From positions 1 to 49,179 of the forward strand of contig SFMP01000064.1 in assembly GCA_004554395.1 (NCBI GenBank): a stretch of DNA of 49,179 bases, in the 5' to 3' direction. The notes under the pieces are model-generated. The model worked only from the letters and a program-made list of their open reading frames with translations. It made no database searches and was not told the origin of the DNA. The position numbers and the translations under genes were made by a program. The stretch comes from Myxococcales bacterium (GTDB lineage Bacteria > Myxococcota_A > Bradymonadia > UBA4248). Shown in pieces: positions 1 to 4,157 of the stretch (position 1 is its first letter; each line of letters opens with the position of its first letter).

Positions 1-78
1 ATCGACAACTTCCAATGGAAATGCACTGAGACGACGGTCGGAACTGACTTCGCCGACGCCAGTGGCACGGTGAACTGA
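1..78 (+). CDS. 3' end of an upstream gene cut by the window edge (...IDNFQWKCTETTVGTDFADASGTVN*)
   Basis: Frame open from base 1 to TGA at 76-78. The ending loosely resembles the C-terminus of the 767-aa lipoprotein at 8521-10824 (...IDDVSCVKWTY). No start is visible. Confidence 0.3.
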   Translation: MDNFQWKCTETTVGTDFADASGTVN

Positions 79-140
79 TGATGCTGTTGTATCGTTAAAC
101 GTCAAACACGTCGATTTCATTGAACAGATAGGAGGATATC

Positions 141-506
141 ATGTTTGCTACGAGACGCATTGACTTATGGGCGGCTTTATTTGCAGGCACAATGGCGATT
201 TGTGCATGTAACGATGGCGACAAGACCATTTCGGAAGATGATGGCTTCGAGAATAATGGCGGCGATAAAGGAAACTCTGGGAACTCGAGCAATACGGGAA
301 ATTCGGATAACACAGAGAACTCGGATAACACAGGAAACTCGGGAAACTCAGGGAACTCTGGGAACTCTGGGAACTCTGGAAACACTGGGAATACGGGTGG
401 CGGGACGCAGACGGGGAGCGATTCTTGCGAAGGCGTCGATTTGAAGACGTCGAACGCGCATTGCGGCGCTTGTAACCATGCTTGCAGTCAACTGCCAACC
501 GCCTAA
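141..506 (+). pseudogene. N-terminal fragment of a Cys-rich secreted/lipoprotein gene interrupted by the IS element
   Basis: AGGAGG lies 5 nt upstream of ATG 141. The product has a signal-peptide-like start (LWAALFAGTMAICAC), a G-N-S/T linker, then CEGVDLKTSNAHCGACNHACS. The last codons (QLPTA*) are read out of the IS end hairpin, so native sequence ends about 485-488. Confidence 0.7.
270..398. repeat. Imperfect 9-bp tandem repeat (GGRAAYWCN) encoding the GNS/GNT linker
   Basis: Run ggaaactcg/ggaaactca/gggaactct x3/ggaaacact/gggaatacg is visible at 333-395, with looser copies from 270. It translates to GNSGNSGNSGNSGNSGNTGNT. Confidence 0.8.
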
Positions 507-720
507 AGGCGGTTGGCTTGCAACTGTCCAGTAGTCATGCGACTATTACGTCTTCTACCTTTAGCTTCCTTCTTTCCAGAAAGAGTGACGTTGCATCGTG
601 GGGTTATTGACTGAACCCCTAAATTCTGAACATGTTCAGAATTTACTGTTTGGTCGTGAATAAAACTTAATCCGAGACCATACAGATTCATTGCGCCGAT
701 ACGGTCGTCATTAGAACAAT
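466..720 (-). ncRNA. Predicted TnpB omega-RNA (reRNA) region: scaffold overlapping the tnpB 3' end and RE hairpin, guide read from the flank
   Basis: By analogy with characterised TnpB systems, the guide RNA derives from the tnpB 3' end, the right end and the adjacent flank. The RE hairpin at 494-517 lies just past the tnpB stop. Boundaries are not determinable by eye. Confidence 0.35.
494..517. other. IS right-end (tnpB-side) subterminal hairpin GCCAACCGCC-TAAA-GGCGGTTGGC
   Basis: Perfect 10-bp stem with a 4-nt loop, 5-8 nt from the inferred IS end. Confidence 0.8.
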
Positions 721-1768
721 AACCGCAATTACGGCAACAAAAGAAATGCCGCTTTTTATCTCTATTACCGCTCTCAATATGCCCACATTTGGGACAACAC
801 TGAGATGTATAACGAGGATCGACTTTAATTGTGATGGACTGATTGCGCATAGCCTTATACTTGAGCTTTTGCTCCAGATCGTAAAAAGACCATGATACCG
901 TTTCATATCGTTTCTTTCTACGCACTTTTTCGGTTGCACAGCGAATACCTGTCAAATCTTCTAACACAAATAGCGTTTTAGACGGAGTTGTGTCAACGAG
1001 TGCCTTCGATACGCAATGATTTACATCTTGCATCCAACGGTTTTCTCGTTGACCTATATGTCTAATACGCCGGCGTGCAGACGCCGTTCCGCGTTTCTGC
1101 AAACTCCTTCTCAATTCCTTAAATTTTGCTCGTTTCTGCTTAATCTGTCGTCCATTAAAAAACGTGGTATTGCCTTTTGAGTCATATGATACGGCGATAA
1201 AATTTAGCCCTCTATCAATACCTACCACATGACAAATATCAGACACTTGAGTATCTTCGACTGTAGATGTTACTGGGATATGTAAATAAAACTTTTTCTT
1301 TACTTGAACAAGTTTTGCAGTTCCAAACCGATACTTCTTAGAATCGAAATAATCCTCCATTGCGTTTGCATGATAATTGAGCTTTAAACGACCATCAAGC
1401 GTATTCACACTAAAACGTTCTTGGGTTAGAGAATAGTCTCGGTTCCATACCAAATCATATTGCGGTCGTTTAAATACAGCATTGATCCATCTGTTTTGAT
1501 TTTTAATAATCGTTTTGTACTTGGCTATGACAGTTTTTAGAACAGACTGCGCCATCTGAGATTTTAGACCATACTTCTTTCTTAGCGTGTTATATAGTAG
1601 TTGATTGAGCGCAAATTGCTGAAGAATACGCGTTTGATACACATAATTTGAGACATAGTTACAGGCATCTCTGTAAGCACTAGTCGTAGCAGATAGCAAC
1701 GATGCTTCATTATCATTTACTATAACTTGGATTTTTGCTGTCACTGTTAATTCTTGCATATTATTCAC
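503..1768 (-). CDS. tnpB: TnpB (IS605 OrfB family RNA-guided nuclease), apparently intact
   Basis: 421-aa ORF with RuvC-like motifs VVGIDRGLN (D), FVLEDL (E) and SNDDRIGAMNL (D), plus a Zn-ribbon CCPKCGH...FCCRNCGY. Start is GTG 1768 or ATG 1759. Confidence 0.9.
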   Translation of the reverse strand: MNNMQELTVTAKIQVIVNDNEASLLSATTSAYRDACNYVSNYVYQTRILQQFALNQLLYNTLRKKYGLKSQMAQSVLKTVIAKYKTIIKNQNRWINAVFKRPQYDLVWNRDYSLTQERFSVNTLDGRLKLNYHANAMEDYFDSKKYRFGTAKLVQVKKKFYLHIPVTSTVEDTQVSDICHVVGIDRGLNFIAVSYDSKGNTTFFNGRQIKQKRAKFKELRRSLQKRGTASARRRIRHIGQRENRWMQDVNHCVSKALVDTTPSKTLFVLEDLTGIRCATEKVRRKKRYETVSWSFYDLEQKLKYKAMRNQSITIKVDPRYTSQCCPKCGHIESGNRDKKRHFFCCRNCGYCSNDDRIGAMNLYGLGLSFIHDQTVNSEHVQNLGVQSITPRCNVTLSGKKEAKGRRRNSRMTTGQLQANRL

Positions 1769-2118
1769 TAATATTTCGCTAGAAGATTCAAAGCTTCTCT
1801 ATCCGTGAGCTTTCGTCTCCAATGATCTCGGAGTGTTTCAAAGTGTTCTGTAATCCAATTAATAATTGTGCCCGACTTCAGGAACTCCTTCTGTGCTTCG
1901 ATCTTAGTTTTTGAATACAAAATCACAGGTATAAGTTCTCCATTCACAGATACCTTGATTCGAGGGTGATTGTGCTGCACGTTCCTATCGCATCCCGCAG
2001 AGTCCAACCAAATATCATATGGAAGTCCAGACTCCTTCTTCGGCAAATTTGCCATCTCATAGCACATTTGCCTCTTTTCTGTAACCCGCTCTCGATTGTT
2101 ATACCAGATCATCATCAA
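1768..2118 (-). CDS. Hypothetical 116-aa protein encoded inside the IS, coupled to tnpB
   Basis: AAGGAG (2121-2126, minus strand) lies 5 nt upstream of ATG 2115. The stop TAG overlaps the tnpB GTG (TAGTG). The ORF is AT-rich like the rest of the IS. I cannot name a family with confidence. Confidence 0.65.
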   Translation of the reverse strand: MMMIWYNNRERVTEKRQMCYEMANLPKKESGLPYDIWLDSAGCDRNVQHNHPRIKVSVNGELIPVILYSKTKIEAQKEFLKSGTIINWITEHFETLRDHWRRKLTDREALNLLAKY

Positions 2119-2218
2119 TGCTCCTTAACAAAAGTGGCAAACTAAGTGCTTGCCACTCATCATTAAGATATGATACACAGTACTTTTGTGAGATTCAAGA
2201 GCAGAGGAGAAATTTCAC

Positions 2219-2620
2219 GTGACAGAGTACAATAGAAAGAATCGCCGAAAGTACTCTCTAAAAGTCCATATAGTTCTGGTTACATAGTATCGAAAGCCTA
2301 TTCTCGTTAGCCTCATTAGCGACTGCATAAAACGAAAAATACATGATTTATCCAATCGTATGGGCTGGAAAATCATAGCAATGGAAACAGATGTTGACCA
2401 CATCCATTTTCTATTGGATTATGATACAACAGAATCTGTATGCAACATGGTCAAAACAATTAAGCAGGAAACAACTTATTTACTTTGGAAGGAGTTTGAG
2501 CCATTCCTAACCAAACGATACTGGAAACGACGAATCTTTTGGTCAGATGGCTATTTTGCTTGTAGCGTTGGCGATGCTTCTGCTGAAACAATTAAACAGT
2601 ATATTGCTAAGCAGGGATAA
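2219..2620 (+). pseudogene. tnpA: IS200/IS605 Y1 (HUH) transposase TnpA with one in-frame TAG at 2285-2287
   Basis: GTG 2219 has AGGAG at 2205-2209. Translation reads VTEYNRKNRRKYSLKVHIVLVT*YRKPILVSLISDCIKRKIHDLSNRMGWKIIAMETDVDHIHFLL...WSDGYFACSVG...YIAKQG. The HUH motif (HIH) and catalytic Tyr context are intact. The stop replaces the Lys of the conserved (T/P)KYR motif. Confidence 0.85.
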
Positions 2621-2632
2621 GTGAGCATTCCT

Positions 2633-2654
2633 CCCACGGTCTAAAGACCGTGGG
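2633..2654. other. IS left-end (tnpA-side) subterminal hairpin CCCACGGTC-TAAA-GACCGTGGG
   Basis: Perfect 9-bp stem with the same TAAA loop as the other end, 16-19 nt from the inferred IS end. Confidence 0.8.
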
Positions 2655-3027
2655 TTTCCTTGCCCGCCGTAGTGATGAAAGGCATGCGACAGAAGTGGCA
2701 TGCGTCGAAGGCGTATGCAAGAGCGTGTTTTGCGCCCCTGGATATGCCGATTGCGATGGTGAAGGGACGAAGTGCGCAACGGATTTATCGACGATGGAGA
2801 ATTGTCGAACGTGCGGTAAGAAGTGTTTGGAAGGACAGACTTGCGAATCGAATGGATGTCGATTTGGCGATGGAAAGGGATGCAAAGATTGTAGTTTGCG
2901 CATAGATGATTGCATGAACGGCCTAAAGCTGTGGAGGAAGTGTGCTGGCGTTCTCTGCTGGATCAAAACAGATCAATATATGTGTGCATCAGAAAAACCG
3001 GGATCGAGTTGGGCTGAGGTGAAATGA
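2650..3027 (+). pseudogene. C-terminal fragment of the IS-interrupted Cys-rich lipoprotein gene (native part from ~2671/2674)
   Basis: ...DERHATEVACVEGVCKSVFCAPGYADCDGEGTKCATDLSTMENCRTCGKKCLEGQTCESNGC... continues the Cys-repeat style of the 141-488 fragment. The listed GTG start lies inside the IS hairpin. Confidence 0.7.
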
Positions 3028-3059
3028 TGTGAGCTTTGGATTGTCTTGGATAGCCAGGG

Positions 3060-3290
3060 CGTTGCGGGCGCGGCGTTTGAGCGCCCGCACAATGGCGGAG
3101 GCGTATGGAGCCCGTATGGAGCGCAAGCGGAATAGGGCGGAATGGCCGTAGCCGACGGCGTATGCGCGCAAGGGCGCAAGCCCGAGCACATAGCCGGCGT
3201 AGAGCCCGTATGGAGCGCAGCGGAATAGGGCGAATCGAGCGCGTATGGAGCGCAAGCGGAATAGGGCGAGTGCCTGCGCCGCTGGCGGCG
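3060..3290. repeat. GC-rich REP-like repeat cluster (three copies of CGTATGGAGCGC(A)AGCGGAATAGGGCG plus hairpins)
   Basis: Direct reading gives copies near 3113, 3207 and 3242. A hairpin TGCGGGCGC-N9-GCGCCCGCA sits at ~3064-3090. On the minus strand the units read CGCCCTATTCCGC...CATACG, the same flank signature as the other arrays. Confidence 0.75.
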
Positions 3291-3293
3291 GGC

Positions 3294-3326
3294 AAAAAAA
3301 AAGCGCAACCTCATGAGAGATTGCGC
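3294..3326 (-). terminator. Rho-independent terminator of the tRNA operon
   Basis: Minus strand reads GCGCAATC-TCTCATGA-GGTTGCGC followed by nine T, immediately after the last tRNA-Lys. Confidence 0.8.
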
Positions 3327-3329
3327 GAA

Positions 3330-3402
3330 TAGGTGCAGAAGGAATCGAACCTTCAACCTGCGGATTAAGAGTCCGATGCTCTGCCAATTGAGCTATGCAC
3401 CC
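3330..3402 (-). tRNA. tRNA-Lys (anticodon CTT), copy 1
   Basis: Cloverleaf folded by hand: GGGTGCA/TGCACCT acceptor, GCTC..GAGC D arm, loop CTCTTAA, T arm GAAGG-TTCGATT-CCTTC. No encoded CCA. Confidence 0.9.
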
Positions 3403-3414
3403 TTAAAGAGACCG

Positions 3415-3495
3415 TACGAGTGGTGGGACTCGAACCCACACGCCAAAGACACAGGAACCTAAATCCTGCGCGTCTACCAGTTCCGCCACACTCGC
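3415..3495 (-). tRNA. tRNA-Leu (anticodon TAG), class II with a variable arm
   Basis: GCGAGTG acceptor, anticodon stem CAGGA/TCCTG with loop TTTAGGT, short variable stem-loop, T arm GTGGG-TTCGAGT-CCCAC. Confidence 0.85.
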
Positions 3496-3509
3496 AAGGC
3501 GTTATGGAG

Positions 3510-3582
3510 TAGGTGCAGAAGGAATCGAACCTTCAACCTGCGGATTAAGAGTCCGATGCTCTGCCAATTGAGCTATGCACCC
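3510..3582 (-). tRNA. tRNA-Lys (anticodon CTT), copy 2, identical to copy 1
   Basis: Sequence is identical to 3330-3402 over the whole tRNA. Confidence 0.9.
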
Positions 3583-3602
3583 ACAAGAAGAAAACGCACA
3601 AA

Positions 3603-3676
3603 TACACCCGGTAGGATTCGAACCTGCGACCCTCGGATTCGAAGTCCGATGCTCTATCCAGCTGAGCTACGGGTGC
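3603..3676 (-). tRNA. tRNA-Arg (anticodon TCG)
   Basis: GCACCCGTAGCTCAGCTGGATAGAGC 5' half, anticodon stem TCGGA/TCCGA, loop CTTCGAA. The T stem GCAGG/CCTAC has one C-A mismatch. Confidence 0.85.
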
Positions 3677-3684
3677 AAAAGAAG

Positions 3685-3759
3685 GGTGGGTAATGGGGCT
3701 CGAACCCATGGCCTCAGGAACCACAATCCCGCGCTCGTACCAACTGAGCTATACCCACC
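3685..3759 (-). tRNA. tRNA-His (anticodon GTG) with encoded G-1
   Basis: GGTGGGTATAGCTCAGTTGGTACGAGC..., anticodon loop TTGTGGT, an extra 5' G pairing with C73, T arm ATGGG-TTCGAGC-CCCAT. Confidence 0.9.
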
Positions 3760-3804
3760 ATGTCGAAGGAATCTCCCTCCGGGCTATCCCTGCGAACGGG
3801 GCGG

Positions 3805-3833
3805 CTTATACGCGTGCTGGTGGGTAATGTCAA
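3805..3833 (-). promoter_or_regulatory. Near-consensus sigma70-type promoter of the tRNA operon
   Basis: Minus strand reads TTGACA (3833-3828), a 17-nt spacer, then TATAAG (3810-3805). An A-rich tract lies upstream. The expected transcription start is ~40 nt upstream of tRNA-His. Confidence 0.7.
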
Positions 3834-3863
3834 ATAGTTTTTTGGGGGTTGTGCGTTTTTTTT

Positions 3864-4157
3864 CAATGAGCAATGAGCAATGAGCAGTTAGCAATTAGCA
3901 GTTAGCAGTTAGCAATTAGCAATTAGCAGTTAGCAATGAGAAATGAGCAATGAGCAATGAGAAATGAGCAATGAGCAATGAGCAATGAGCAATGAGCAAT
4001 TAGCAGTTAGCAATTAGCAATGAGCAGTTAGCAATTAGCAGTTAGCAATGAGCAATGAGCAATGAGCAATGAGCAATGAGCAATGAGCAATGAGCAGTTA
4101 GCAATTGGTGGTTGGTAGTTGGTAGTTGGTAGTTGGTAGTTAGCGATGAGCGATTGG
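3864..4157. repeat. 42 head-to-tail heptanucleotide units (CAATGAG / CAGTTAG / CAATTAG / TAGTTGG variants)
   Basis: Parsed unit by unit with an exact 7-nt register and no indels over 294 bp. The last units overlap the stop and the final six codons of the 807-aa gene. Confidence 0.95.

Larger units (their letters stand above)
486..2673 (-). mobile_element. IS200/IS605-family insertion sequence (divergent tnpA / orf116-tnpB), ~2185 bp; ends ambiguous by 3 nt
   Basis: Contains TnpB and a Y1 HUH TnpA. Subterminal hairpins of identical architecture sit at both ends. The element is visibly AT-richer than its flanks. Removing 2185 bp restores one continuous ORF of the flanking gene. No target-site duplication, as expected for this family. 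Confidence 0.8.

Noticed and set aside
3415-3495. Idea that tRNA-Leu with anticodon TAG could suppress the in-frame TAG in tnpA
   Set aside because: Anticodon UAG pairs with CUA/CUN Leu codons, not with the UAG stop codon. A suppressor would need anticodon CUA, and none is present in this window.
3575-3883. 102-aa plus-strand ORF and the minus-strand ORFs 2963-3387 covering the tRNA cluster and REP cluster
   Set aside because: They are translations of tRNA genes and GC-rich repeats. The tRNA cloverleaves fold cleanly on the minus strand, and the peptides are Arg/Pro/Ala-rich with no RBS.
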